Source: a bacterium (GTDB lineage Bacteria > SAR324 > XYD2-FULL-50-16 > G965216635). Taken from it: 64,000 nucleotides of DNA. The translations under genes were made by a program, and so were the position numbers. How positions within the stretch are numbered: position 1 is the stretch's first letter; each line of letters opens with the position of its first letter. This document shows, in pieces, positions 30,187 to 40,044 of this stretch. Under the pieces are notes generated by a model that saw only the letters and a program-made list of their open reading frames with translations, was not told the origin of the DNA and did not search any database. The stretch spans positions 448,001-512,000 of the forward strand of contig OZ244188.1 in the NCBI GenBank assembly GCA_965216635.1, given 5' to 3'.

Positions 30187-31332
30187 TTAACGAAAGCGCC
30201 AGATGAAGTTAATATAAAAAGCAGAAGGAGATTTAACTCGGATTTCTGTGGTGGTTTTCGTCTCTTGTGCCCTCGTTCCTGTTTGGGTCTGTCTCACTAG
30301 AAATCTTCTTTCTCCAGTTGGCGGATTTTTTTTTAAGTAAGCTGCAGCCGCATTTTGCTCTTCAACTCCCATAGCCACGAAGAAGTCCTCTTGGCGAATG
30401 GCTTGTTGGTTTGCTTGTTGTTGTTGTTGCACTAGCAGCTCCGCATTCAGCAGCAGCAGATAACCTGCTTCAAATCTTAAGTTTTTCCATAGAGAACTAG
30501 AAAACAAACCCAAATGGATCGCAGGAGCTGTTTTGGATTGCTTACCAATAGGAGTATCCAGTTGCATAGAGGCAAAACCTACTCCTACCGAAAAACCATA
30601 GGGCAATAAATAGTCAGCGAGCAACACCTGACTCTGCAGTTTATTCTCGCCATCACTTAAGTCGTAATGGCTGAAAGAAAATCCCCATTTTTCCAAGTTA
30701 TAGCCGAGGTTTATACCAGAGCCAATCAATGTTTCTTCTGTTTTTGAGCCAGCAATAGGTGTTGTAGAAGCATTTTCTATGCTTTTGGAATCAAAATAAT
30801 TCTTGCACCTTGAGGCATTGGCTATTCTCTCTGCTGTAGTCGCAAAAGATATATCTCCTGTTTCATCGGGGAAATTATTAAAATTAGTGCCAGCAATACC
30901 AACAGTAAATTGCTGTATATTAAAGATAGCCCTAGAATTATTTCCTGCCTCTGCTATTTCTGCATCTCCTATAGAGTAGCCAGCAGACGAGGGAACATCA
31001 GTAATTAACTCATAGTTTCCTTTACAGAGTTCTACAATAGCGTAGACAGCTGATTTCTCTTGCTTAAAAATTTCAGGTAAATCGAGTCCAAAAGTAGCGT
31101 CGTATTCAATATTTGATATAGTGGTTCTATCAACTTCTGCTCTCTTGACTTCTTTTGTCAATGTAGCCCCCATTACATAGGGAGAAACGCCTACATAAAA
31201 ACCCATTTTTCTGGGCTCTTCTGTATCCTGTGCCCGCAGACTGTCTGCTCCCTGCATAAAAAAGAAAAATGCCGCTATAAATATTATAAGAGGCAAAACA
31301 ACCACCTTCAATCTTATATTTGATTTTTTCAT
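30187..31332 (-). CDS. Putative secreted/outer-membrane beta-barrel protein
   Basis: Signal peptide, GFYVGVSP first strand, C-terminal FYINFIWRFR; local similarity to 16561-17124. Confidence 0.55.
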   Translation of the reverse strand: MKKSNIRLKVVVLPLIIFIAAFFFFMQGADSLRAQDTEEPRKMGFYVGVSPYVMGATLTKEVKRAEVDRTTISNIEYDATFGLDLPEIFKQEKSAVYAIVELCKGNYELITDVPSSAGYSIGDAEIAEAGNNSRAIFNIQQFTVGIAGTNFNNFPDETGDISFATTAERIANASRCKNYFDSKSIENASTTPIAGSKTEETLIGSGINLGYNLEKWGFSFSHYDLSDGENKLQSQVLLADYLLPYGFSVGVGFASMQLDTPIGKQSKTAPAIHLGLFSSSLWKNLRFEAGYLLLLNAELLVQQQQQANQQAIRQEDFFVAMGVEEQNAAAAYLKKNPPTGERRFLVRQTQTGTRAQETKTTTEIRVKSPSAFYINFIWRFR

Positions 31333-31449
31333 TATAAATTTTAATTAAATTAAGAAGCCAAAGGCTAAATCAGGTTCAAAACAAACCCTTATTAAGATAA
31401 CTATAGCAAAAAAGAAAATAAATAAATCTTTTTTTTTTTTGCTCTCTTT

Positions 31450-31550
31450 TTGGCTATATTATAAGTATAGCAGAAAAGAAAACAAGTCAATCTTTATTTG
31501 GCTGTCTTATTTGGCTATATTATATATAGCAGAAAAAAAAAACAAGTCAA
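31450..31550 (-). promoter_or_regulatory. Duplicated promoter-like block upstream of the barrel gene
   Basis: Two copies of TTGACTTGTTT..CTGCTATA..TATAATATAGCCA on the minus strand. Confidence 0.45.
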
Positions 31551-31598
31551 GGGTTGTTAGAATAAAAATTCTCTTTTTCTGCTTCTGTTTTTTTGCTA

Positions 31599-31716
31599 GA
31601 TTGATTCTGCTCTGATTGATTCTGCTCCGATTGATTCTGCTCTGATTGATTCTGTTACGATTGATTCTGCTCCAATTGATTCTGCTCCGATTGATTCTGG
31701 CTAGATTGATTCTGGA
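31599..31716 (-). repeat. 15-bp tandem repeat x8 straddling a stop codon
   Basis: GATTGATTCTGCTC(T/C) units encoding QNQSE. Confidence 0.88.
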
Positions 31717-32038
31717 TTAAACGGATAAGTAGCTTTTCAAATTTTTCATTAGATTTTTCAAATTTTTCATTAGATTTTTCAAATTTTTCATTACTAATTC
31801 TTTGATTTTCATCTAGTTTAGCAAGGACTTTCTCAAACTTCTCAGTACTAATTCTTTGATTTTCATCTAGTTTAGCAAGGACTTTCTCAAACTTTTTATC
31901 GCTACTTTCTTGAAATTTTTCTGATAGTTTTATAAAACTTCTTACTTCAAAACCAAAAGTTAGTAGTGCTGATATAATTACAATAAAGATCCAATTTTCT
32001 TTTAAAAATATAACAAAGAGATTGGCTTTTTTTCTCAT
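31655..32038 (-). CDS. Membrane-anchored coiled-coil protein with internal repeats
   Basis: TM helix; 51-bp x2 (KFEKVLAKLDENQRIS) and 21-bp x3 (SNEKFEK) repeats. Confidence 0.6.
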   Translation of the reverse strand: MRKKANLFVIFLKENWIFIVIISALLTFGFEVRSFIKLSEKFQESSDKKFEKVLAKLDENQRISTEKFEKVLAKLDENQRISNEKFEKSNEKFEKSNEKFEKLLIRLIQNQSSQNQSEQNQLEQNQS

Positions 32039-32253
32039 AATAATTGCAAGTTGTTTCTTAATTATCTCAATATAATGAATATTTGCTACACTTATTGAAA
32101 ATAAATGTCAAGATTTATTTTTACTAGCTTAGTTTTAACGTTGTTTTCTATTCAAATCTTGACTTTTATTTTAAGTCAGTGCCACAATAATGGGAGCAAG
32201 GTTGAGTGTATAATTTCCCCCAAAAAATAAAAACCAGAAAATAAAAATTGGAA

Positions 32254-33333
32254 ATGTTTAAAATTGTTCTCTTAGAAGGAGATGGTATAGGAAGCGAGGT
32301 AATAAGGCAGGCTGTCCGAGTCTTAGAATTTGTTGCGGAAAAAAAAAACTTAAAACTGTCCTTAGAAAAAGCCCTTATTGGTGGAATTGCTTACGAAGAG
32401 TTGGGCAGACCAGATCCCGATGAAACTATTGATTTGTGCCGCGGTGCTAAAGCTGTTTTATTGGGAGCAGTGGGGGGACCTCAATGGGATGGCTTGGCTC
32501 GGGATAAAAGAGCAGAGCAGGGTTTGTTACGCCTGCGGTATGATTTGGGACTTTTTGCTAACCTTCGTCCGGCAAAAATTTACGCTCCTTTAGTGGATGC
32601 TTCTTCTTTAAAAAGGGAAGTTTTGGTTGGTACAGATGTTATGGTGATAAGGGAGCTTACTGGCGGGGCTTATTTTGGAAAGCCTAGGGGTGTAGAAAAA
32701 ACTGCTAAAGGTAGGAAGGCTTTCAATAATATGGTCTACGAGGAATACGAAATCCAAAGAATAATTAAGGTTGCTTTTGATATTGCTCGCTTGAGGGGTA
32801 AAAAACTTTGCTCTGTGGATAAAGCAAATGTGTTAGAGGTTAGCGGTCTTTGGAGGGAAATAGCTATGGAGCAGGCGAATGATTACCCTGATGTTGATTT
32901 GAGTCATCTTTACATAGATAATGCTGTGATGCAGATTATCCGCGAACCAAGCCAGTTTGATACTTTGGTTACAGAAAATATGTTTGGTGATATTTTAAGC
33001 GATGCGAGCGCTATGATTACGGGCTCTATTGGTTTGTTGCCGAGTGCGAGTATTGGAGAAAAGTATAGTCTTTACGAACCAGTGCACGGCAGTGCTCCTG
33101 ATATTGCGGGAATGGATAAAGCGAATCCTTTGGCTACGATTTTATCTGTGGGTATGATGTTTCATTATAGTTTCCAAATGCCTGAAGCAAATCTACAGAT
33201 AGAAAAGGCTGTTTGTGATGTTTTGGAACAATATCGCACGGAGGACATAAAAGAAGTGGGGAAAAAAACAGTGGGTTGTGTAGAAATGGGGGATTTGGTT
33301 ATGGAGAGTCTGCAAAATTTGCGTTCTGTTTAG
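32254..33333 (+). CDS. leuB: 3-isopropylmalate dehydrogenase
   Basis: GDGIG, LGAVGGP, NLRP, VDKANV, NMFGDILSD, EPVHGSAPDIAG. Confidence 0.97.
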   Translation: MFKIVLLEGDGIGSEVIRQAVRVLEFVAEKKNLKLSLEKALIGGIAYEELGRPDPDETIDLCRGAKAVLLGAVGGPQWDGLARDKRAEQGLLRLRYDLGLFANLRPAKIYAPLVDASSLKREVLVGTDVMVIRELTGGAYFGKPRGVEKTAKGRKAFNNMVYEEYEIQRIIKVAFDIARLRGKKLCSVDKANVLEVSGLWREIAMEQANDYPDVDLSHLYIDNAVMQIIREPSQFDTLVTENMFGDILSDASAMITGSIGLLPSASIGEKYSLYEPVHGSAPDIAGMDKANPLATILSVGMMFHYSFQMPEANLQIEKAVCDVLEQYRTEDIKEVGKKTVGCVEMGDLVMESLQNLRSV

Positions 33334-33689
33334 CCTATGCAGCGTTGAAAATTTACAAAAAATGCTCACATACTATCGTGTATGCTCCGCTTTTTTGTAA
33401 ATTTTCGCCTTGCCTAGCCGTCACATAACGCAAATTAAAAATTAAAAAGTCTATTATATTTTTAATGCAAAAATAGACCTTTAAATTTGCTTATCTAGTT
33501 TAGCCTATGCAGCGTTGAAAAAAAAATTTAACTCTTGAAATATTACATATATTCCAGCGAGCTAAATTTTTTTTTCGCCTTGCCTAGCCGTCACATAACG
33601 CAAATTAAAAATTAAAAAGTCTATTATATTTTTAATGCAAAAATAGACCTTTAAATTTGCTTGTCTAGTTTAGCCAAAACAAAGGTCTA
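33316..33689. mobile_element. Tandem array of three family A MITEs (33316-33453, 33474-33623, 33644-33689)
   Basis: Repeated arms GTTTAGCCTATGCAGCGTTG / CGCCTTGCCTAGCCGTCACATAACGCAAATT; identical 20-bp spacer TTATATTTTTAATGCAAAAA. Confidence 0.85.
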
Positions 33690-33710
33690 ATAAATCTATT
33701 CTACTGGAAA

Positions 33711-34211
33711 TTGATGCAATCGTCTTTTTGTTTAAAAACAGCACAAATAGATAACACTCCTTATTCCTTTTCTTTTTCTTTTTCTTTTGAGAAAAATTTC
33801 TATGAGTACGATGGTTCCGATCATTTGGCTAAAGAAGAAATAGCGTTCAATGGATCTCCAGAATTGGAGCAAGTAAAAATGGTTTGTAACGGGGTGATAA
33901 CAAAAAAGGAGACAGATTTTTTTCTTTTGAAGGGAAGTTATGAAGCTTCTTTTGAGGGCTGCTGTCATCTTTGTTCGGAAAATTTTCCTTTTTTTAAAAA
34001 AGGTTCTTTGTCGCTGTTTTTATCGCCACAACAGGATGTTGCTCGTAAATTTAATTCCAGTTCGTCGCATTCTGTAGATGATGAGGTGGATGTGGCTCAT
34101 TATCAAGGAGGGGAATTGAATTTGAATAGCTATTTTAAAGAGCAATTTTTGTTGGATTTGCCTTTTTGTATGAAGTGTAAGGATGATTGTAAGGGCTTTG
34201 TGGCTCTTTAA
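33711..34211 (+). CDS. DUF177/YceD family protein
   Basis: CHLC and LDLPFCMKCKDDCKG motifs. Confidence 0.7.
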   Translation: MMQSSFCLKTAQIDNTPYSFSFSFSFEKNFYEYDGSDHLAKEEIAFNGSPELEQVKMVCNGVITKKETDFFLLKGSYEASFEGCCHLCSENFPFFKKGSLSLFLSPQQDVARKFNSSSSHSVDDEVDVAHYQGGELNLNSYFKEQFLLDLPFCMKCKDDCKGFVAL

Positions 34212-34450
34212 CTTTAAGCATTGTAGTTGTAGTGTTAAAAATGGAGTGAGTAATCCTTTTCAAGAATATTTCTTAAAAAGTTAAGCGTCGTGCTTGTTTT
34301 TATCGTTTTTTTCTATTATAGTTTGAATGGTAGATTAAAATTAGAGGATTACGCAAATTCAAAGGTCTACCGAATAAATAAAATAGACCTTGTGAAATTT
34401 TTGTGTAGCAGCTAAAGAATGAACTTACAAAGAACTTACAAAACAGGAAA

Positions 34451-35116
34451 ATGAATTTAATTGCTCTTATTAGTCAATACGAATGGATTATCACGGTTAT
34501 ACTTATTCCTTGTATAATATTCCTTTTATCTCAATGGAAAAAGAATATTATTTGGAAAACTAAAAGAGAATATTTTGAAAAAAATCAAGGAAAAGAAAAT
34601 AGTAAATTCTGGGATTTTTTAAAAAATGAATCTAAAAGAACAGAAGACAGATTTAATGCTTTAACTGCCAGAACAGAAGATAGATTTAATGCTTTAACCG
34701 CCAGAATTGATGCACGCAATATAAATTACGCTCAAGATAATTCGCCATTATCAATCAGTGAAGCAGGAGAAAAAGTGAATAAGAAAATAAGAGTAGATTT
34801 ATTATTAAACAAGTATCAAGATGAATTTTTTGGAAAACTAAATTTTCCTTTTGAAAAAGAATATCAAATACAAAAAGAATGTTTTGATCTTATAAATTCT
34901 GATTTAAAGCAGCGCTTAACAGCAGAAGAATGGGAGAAACTTGAAGAAGTCGCTTACAATGAAGGGGTTTTTGCTGAAAAATTTTTTATTATTTTTCAAA
35001 TCTTATTGAGAGATATGGCTATTAAGCATAATGATAAAATCAAGAAACACGAGGAAAAAAGAAAAAAGGTAGACAGAAAAAAAAATGAGAAAAAAGAAAC
35101 AAAAGACCTTGTTTGA
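34451..35116 (+). CDS. Membrane-anchored coiled-coil hypothetical protein
   Basis: N-terminal TM, (RTEDRFNALTA)2, C-terminal helical domain starting SPLSISEAG. Confidence 0.65.
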   Translation: MNLIALISQYEWIITVILIPCIIFLLSQWKKNIIWKTKREYFEKNQGKENSKFWDFLKNESKRTEDRFNALTARTEDRFNALTARIDARNINYAQDNSPLSISEAGEKVNKKIRVDLLLNKYQDEFFGKLNFPFEKEYQIQKECFDLINSDLKQRLTAEEWEKLEEVAYNEGVFAEKFFIIFQILLRDMAIKHNDKIKKHEEKRKKVDRKKNEKKETKDLV

Positions 35117-35147
35117 TAAAACGCCAGAATTTGATAAAATAAAAAAG

Positions 35148-35205
35148 GAGACTACAAACTTCTTTTTGACGCAGCATAACCGAACTAGAATGTCTTACTA
35201 TTCAA
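35148..35205. mobile_element. MITE family B remnant
   Basis: GAGACT...ACGCAGCATAACCGAACTAGAATGTCT. Confidence 0.6.
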
Positions 35206-35214
35206 AAAATTAAG

Positions 35215-35970
35215 TTGAGTCTGTTTAAATTTTTTTTTTCTTTATTTTTGATTTTTTGCAGTTTCAATGCCAGTGGTTTTGATGGTGATTTTAATGCTGT
35301 CACTAATCAAAAAAAAATTACTATTTCCGCTGCTTCTAGCCTACAAGAATCTTTAACAAAAATACTGAAAAACCAGCTGGAAGAAAGAAAAATCTCTCTC
35401 AATTTAGCAGCATCGGGCACTCTGGCAAGACAAATTTTAGCAGGCGCAAAAATTCATTTATTCATTAGTGCCAATTCTTTATGGATAGAGGCTTTACAAA
35501 AAAAAAAACTGATAGAGCATAAAAACACCAGTTATTTTATATCTAATAGGTTGGCTCTTGTGAAAAATTGCAAAAAACCATCCCAATCTTTGCAGACTGC
35601 ATCGCGTATTGCAGTGGGAGATTTTGAATATGTACCTGTGGGTATTTACGCTAAAAACTACTTAAAAAAATCAGCACTTTTGGATGGATTGTCCGCAAAA
35701 TTTGTTTTTACTATCAGCGAAACTCAAGCAGTGCAATATGTCAAAAGATCTTTAGTAGATTTGGCTTTTGTTTATTATACATCGCTCTTGTTTGAAAAAA
35801 ATTTATGTCTAATACAACTCGTAGACTCTGCAAAATCTGGAAACATTGCTTACCAAATTACAATTATTGCCAAAAATAAAAACCCGCAGGTATTAGAGAT
35901 TTATAGATACTTAAAGTCAAATGAGGTTTTAAATTTTATGCAGAAAGAGGGCTTTGTAATCAATAAATAG
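35215..35970 (+). CDS. modA: Molybdate ABC transporter substrate-binding protein (no modBC adjacent)
   Basis: SAASSL, AASGTLARQI, FISAN, VPVGIYA. Confidence 0.85.
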   Translation: MSLFKFFFSLFLIFCSFNASGFDGDFNAVTNQKKITISAASSLQESLTKILKNQLEERKISLNLAASGTLARQILAGAKIHLFISANSLWIEALQKKKLIEHKNTSYFISNRLALVKNCKKPSQSLQTASRIAVGDFEYVPVGIYAKNYLKKSALLDGLSAKFVFTISETQAVQYVKRSLVDLAFVYYTSLLFEKNLCLIQLVDSAKSGNIAYQITIIAKNKNPQVLEIYRYLKSNEVLNFMQKEGFVINK

Positions 35971-36075
35971 GAAAAATTTCAGGGAATTAGAAGCAATAAA
36001 AAAGTAAAAAAATAAAAAAGTTATGTTTTTTTATTTTTTGTGTTATTATTTTTATAAAGTTTGATTATTTGGATG

Positions 36076-36146
36076 CATTAAAACATTAAAACATTAAAAC
36101 ATTAAAACATTAAAACATTAAAACATTAAAACATTAAAACATTAAA
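36076..36146. repeat. 8-bp VNTR (CATTAAAA) x8 plus a partial unit
   Basis: Perfect tandem array ending 14 bp before ATG 36161. Confidence 0.95.
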
Positions 36147-36160
36147 CTACCAAAACAAAA

Positions 36161-36753
36161 ATGTTAACATTTTTACTTAAACAGCTAGAAGATTGGGGAT
36201 ATGCTGGTTTGTTTATACTTTTATTTGTTGTTGCTTTTTTTGCAATTTGGAAAATAGCAAAATTTTTAGGGAGGTGGGAAAGTAAAGATGAAGATGTATC
36301 TAACTTAAAAAGCAAATGGGATATAGATATTCCTGAGATAAAAGGAAAATTACAAGCAATACAAGCAACACTGGATGTTTTTATGCAAAAAACTCCTAGT
36401 AGCCCTGTTATCGCAAAGAGCCCAGCAAGCTAACTGAAATTGGCGAAAAAATTGTTGATAAAATTCAAGCTTACGATTTTATAAAAAGAAATAAAGAAAA
36501 GTTAGTCGGGCTAATAGATAAAAGTAACCCCAAAAATGCTTATGATGTTCAGCAAGCCTGTTTTTCTATTGTTGAGGATTTTGAAGAGATGTTAAGCGAC
36601 GAAGAATTATAAATTGCAAAAAAATACTCTGTTAGTAATGGTATTTTATTAAGACAAACTTTGTTTGTTTTTTCAATTTTACTACGGAATGAAATATTAG
36701 AAGATAAGGGGTGGATTATAGAAGGTGTAGCTGAAAATACTCAGAGACCTTAG
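36161..36753 (+). pseudogene. Disrupted paralog of 34451-35116
   Basis: Frameshift near 36430 continues LTEIGEKI...KNAYDVQQACF; in-frame TAA at 36610; then ...FVFSILLRNEIL to TAG 36753. Confidence 0.75.
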
Positions 36754-36912
36754 GAGGTTTTCCAATTAGTATAGTCGTCCAGTTCCAACCATTTCTGCTG
36801 TTTTTTTTCAAAAAAAGAATTTGATTTTTTTGATAAAAAATATAGTTTTTAAAAAAACTTGACATTCCTTGTGATTTTTGTAGAAAATGTTATTTTGATA
36901 TTAAAAACACAA

Positions 36913-36960
36913 GATCCTTGCATTAGTTTAGAGACTGTGGCAAACTGATGCAAGGGTCTC
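36913..36960. repeat. Hairpin upstream of rpsL, probably a collapsed MITE
   Basis: GATCCTTGCATTAGTTT...AAACTGATGCAAGGGTC, resembling the GATCATTGCATT terminus at 53138. Confidence 0.55.
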
Positions 36961-36980
36961 AATATTTAAGAATTTAAGAA

Positions 36981-37361
36981 GTGCCAACTTTAAACCAACT
37001 GATAAGAAAAAAAAGACGGAATAAGACTGTAAAAAATAAAGTCCCAGCCTTAACCCATTGCCCTCAAAGAAAGGGTGTGTGTCTTAAGGTTTATACAACG
37101 ACGCCTAAGAAACCTAATTCTGCTTTGCGAAAAGTGGCTAGGGTAGCTTTGACGAATAACTACGAAGTCACAGCCTACATACCGGGCGTAGGGCATAATT
37201 TACAGGAGCATTCCATTGTTTTGATTAGAGGAGGTAGAGTAAAAGATTTGCCTGGAGTTCGCTATCACATTGTACGTGGTGTTATGGATACTCAAGGAAC
37301 GGCGAATAGAAAACAGGGAAGATCTAAGTATGGGACTAGGAAAGAAAAACAAGGTAAGTAA
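36981..37361 (+). CDS. rpsL: 30S ribosomal protein S12
   Basis: [20 protein letters not shown]. Confidence 0.98.
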   Translation: MPTLNQLIRKKRRNKTVKNKVPALTHCPQRKGVCLKVYTTTPKKPNSALRKVARVALTNNYEVTAYIPGVGHNLQEHSIVLIRGGRVKDLPGVRYHIVRGVMDTQGTANRKQGRSKYGTRKEKQGK

Positions 37362-37386
37362 AATATAAAAAAAAATATGAAAAAAA

Positions 37387-37866
37387 ATGTCTAGAAGAAG
37401 ATCAGCTGGAAAAAGGAAAGTAATACCAGATACTCGCTATAATAGTGCGGTAGTCACTAAGTTTATCAATTTTTTGATGAGGCGAGGCAAAAAAGGGGTC
37501 GCCCAAAAGATTTTTTACTCTAGTTTGGATAGGTTTAAGCTAAAAGTAGACGGAGATGTTTTAGAAATTTTTCAATCAGCTTTGGATAATGTCAAACCTC
37601 GCTTTGAAGTAAAGTCTAGAAGGGTTGGCGGTTCTACTTATCGCATTCCAATAGAAGTAAAAGTGGATAGAAAACTTACCTTAGCTATCCGTTGGTTGAT
37701 TACTAGCTCACAGGCTCGGAATGGAAAATCTATGATAGAAAAATTATCTGATGAATTGATTGATGCTTATAACAAGAAAGGTGGAGCTATAAAGAAAAAA
37801 GAAGAAGTTCACAAGATGGCTGAAGCAAATAAAGCTTTCTCGCATTACGCATGGCATGGACGCTAG
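37387..37866 (+). CDS. rpsG: 30S ribosomal protein S7
   Basis: EVKSRRVGGSTY, HKMAEANKAF. Confidence 0.98.
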   Translation: MSRRRSAGKRKVIPDTRYNSAVVTKFINFLMRRGKKGVAQKIFYSSLDRFKLKVDGDVLEIFQSALDNVKPRFEVKSRRVGGSTYRIPIEVKVDRKLTLAIRWLITSSQARNGKSMIEKLSDELIDAYNKKGGAIKKKEEVHKMAEANKAFSHYAWHGR

Positions 37867-37872
37867 AGGGGC

Positions 37873-39924
37873 ATGGACGCTAGCCGAATAAGAAATATAG
37901 GTATTGTAGCTCACATAGATGCGGGAAAAACTACCACTACGGAACGATTCCTTTATTATACTGGTAAAAATCATAAGTTAGGCGAAGTTCACGATGGGGC
38001 TGCGACTATGGATTGGATGGTTCAAGAACAAGAAAGAGGCATTACTATTACAGCTGCTGCTACTACTTGTCTTTGGAAAAGAAATGGCAAACAGTTTCAA
38101 ATCAATATTATTGATACACCGGGACATATTGATTTTGGAATAGAAGTAGAAAGAAGTTTGAGGGTTCTGGATGGTGCTATCGTAGTGCTTTGTGCTGTGG
38201 CGGGTATTCAACCTCAGACGGAGACTGTTTGGAAACAATCAGAAAAATTTTTAATACCGAAGCTTGTTTTTGTTAATAAGCTAGATAGGGTAGGAGCTGA
38301 TTTTTTTGCAGTAGTAGAAAAACTGAAAGAAACTCTTTCTGTAAAGCCAGTGTGTGTCAATATTCCTATGTATGAAGAGGAGAATTTTTGCGGAGTTATT
38401 GATCTGATTAGAATGAAGATGATTTTGTTTGATGAGGAAACTTTAGGAGCAAAATATGAGGTACTAGATATTCCAGAGTCTTATCAACTACAAGCCCAAG
38501 AAGAAAGAGAAAAAATGATGAATAGTATTTCTCTTATAGATGATGGAATTGTAGAGAAATTGTTGGATAACAAGAAAGTCTCTGATGCAGAAATTATAGA
38601 AGCTATTCGCACTGGAACGTGCCAGAGAGATTTGGTGCCAGTCCTTTGTGGAGCTGCTTTAAAAAATAAGGGTATCCAGCTTGTGCTGGACGCTTTGATA
38701 GATTTTTTACCTTCCCCGAAAGATGTGGATTACAGTTTAAAGGAAAATAGAGAAAATTATGATTTTCAGGTTTCAGCGGAAGCTCCTTTAGTAAGTTTGG
38801 TTTTTAAAACACACAAGGATAAGTATTCGGGTGTTTTTAGTTATATTAGGCTTTATCAAGGATCTTTAGAAACTGGAAAAACATACTATCTCAATAAAAA
38901 GAAAAAAGAAAAGATAGCAAATATTTATAGAATGCACGCTATCAAGAGAGAAAATATAACTCGGGCAGAAGCTGGAGAAATTGTTGCTGTATCTTTGAAT
39001 CATTCAAAAACGGGAGATACTCTTGCTGATAAAGGAGTGAATTTACTTTTAGAAAATATTCAGCCCTTTCAGCCTGTGGTTTCTATGGCAGTAGAGACAA
39101 AAACAAAAGAGGATTTGGATAAATTATCTCAGTCTCTTGCTACGATAGAACAAGAAGATTTGTCTTTTAAGGTGGCTAAAGATAAAGAAACGGGACAACT
39201 CCTGATTTCTGGAATGGGAGAATTGCATTTGGAGGTGATTAAGGATAAACTTATCCGAGAACACAAATTAGATATAGTCTGCGGAAAACCTCAGGTCTCT
39301 TATAGAGAATCTGTAAGTCAAACAGGAGAACAGACAGCAGAATTTAATAAGGTTTTAGCGGGAGAATCTGCTTATGTAAGCTGCAGCTTGCGGATAGAGA
39401 AAAACCAAGAAACAGAAGTAGCGGTTTTTGAGAATCAGGCTATTATTGATCATCCGCAAAAAGAAGAAATTTTGAAATCTATAGAAATTGCAGTAGAAAA
39501 ATCTACTTGCTCGGGTGTGATTGGAGGTTATCCTGTGATTCGGATAAAAACGACTTTATTAGAGCTAAAAACAAACGAAGGGACTGTGAATCCACAAGTT
39601 TTTGCTATTTGTGCTGCTCAGGCTTTTAGAGAATGTCTACTCAAATGTGGAGCCTACCTACTGAGTCCAGTGATGGCTTTACGAGTTTATTCTCCGCCAG
39701 AATATTTAGGAGATATTATCAATGATCTCAATGCACGAAAAGCTAAAGTGGAATCTATTGCAGAAGAAAAGAACGAACAGGTAGTGTGGGGTTATCTCCA
39801 TTTGACAAATTTGTTTGGATATACTACAGTTTTACGTTCTTTGTCTAAAGGAAAAGCTTATCATTCTGCTGAATTTGCCTACTTTGAATCTGTAGGTGAT
39901 GAAGGCAGTGGTAATTTGCATTAA
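37873..39924 (+). CDS. fusA: Elongation factor G with divergent domain IV
   Basis: [31 protein letters not shown]. Confidence 0.93.
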   Translation: MDASRIRNIGIVAHIDAGKTTTTERFLYYTGKNHKLGEVHDGAATMDWMVQEQERGITITAAATTCLWKRNGKQFQINIIDTPGHIDFGIEVERSLRVLDGAIVVLCAVAGIQPQTETVWKQSEKFLIPKLVFVNKLDRVGADFFAVVEKLKETLSVKPVCVNIPMYEEENFCGVIDLIRMKMILFDEETLGAKYEVLDIPESYQLQAQEEREKMMNSISLIDDGIVEKLLDNKKVSDAEIIEAIRTGTCQRDLVPVLCGAALKNKGIQLVLDALIDFLPSPKDVDYSLKENRENYDFQVSAEAPLVSLVFKTHKDKYSGVFSYIRLYQGSLETGKTYYLNKKKKEKIANIYRMHAIKRENITRAEAGEIVAVSLNHSKTGDTLADKGVNLLLENIQPFQPVVSMAVETKTKEDLDKLSQSLATIEQEDLSFKVAKDKETGQLLISGMGELHLEVIKDKLIREHKLDIVCGKPQVSYRESVSQTGEQTAEFNKVLAGESAYVSCSLRIEKNQETEVAVFENQAIIDHPQKEEILKSIEIAVEKSTCSGVIGGYPVIRIKTTLLELKTNEGTVNPQVFAICAAQAFRECLLKCGAYLLSPVMALRVYSPPEYLGDIINDLNARKAKVESIAEEKNEQVVWGYLHLTNLFGYTTVLRSLSKGKAYHSAEFAYFESVGDEGSGNLH

Positions 39925-40044
39925 GGCTGATGATATGCGTTAGCAGGTGAGTGGGGGCTTTGTGGTTAATTAGGAGTAAGACCTCTGGGGTTATCCAAAG
40001 GGTCTCTCAATAATTTTTAATTTTTAAATTTAAGGAGAAAAATA

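Noticed and set aside
33316..33689. CRISPR array
   Set aside because: Repeated blocks are about 90 bp MITE arms with only 2-3 units; no cas genes and no unique 30-40 bp spacers
39979..40007. Hairpin before tuf as a dedicated regulatory RNA
   Set aside because: AGACC...GGTCT ends resemble a collapsed MITE; too short to support a call
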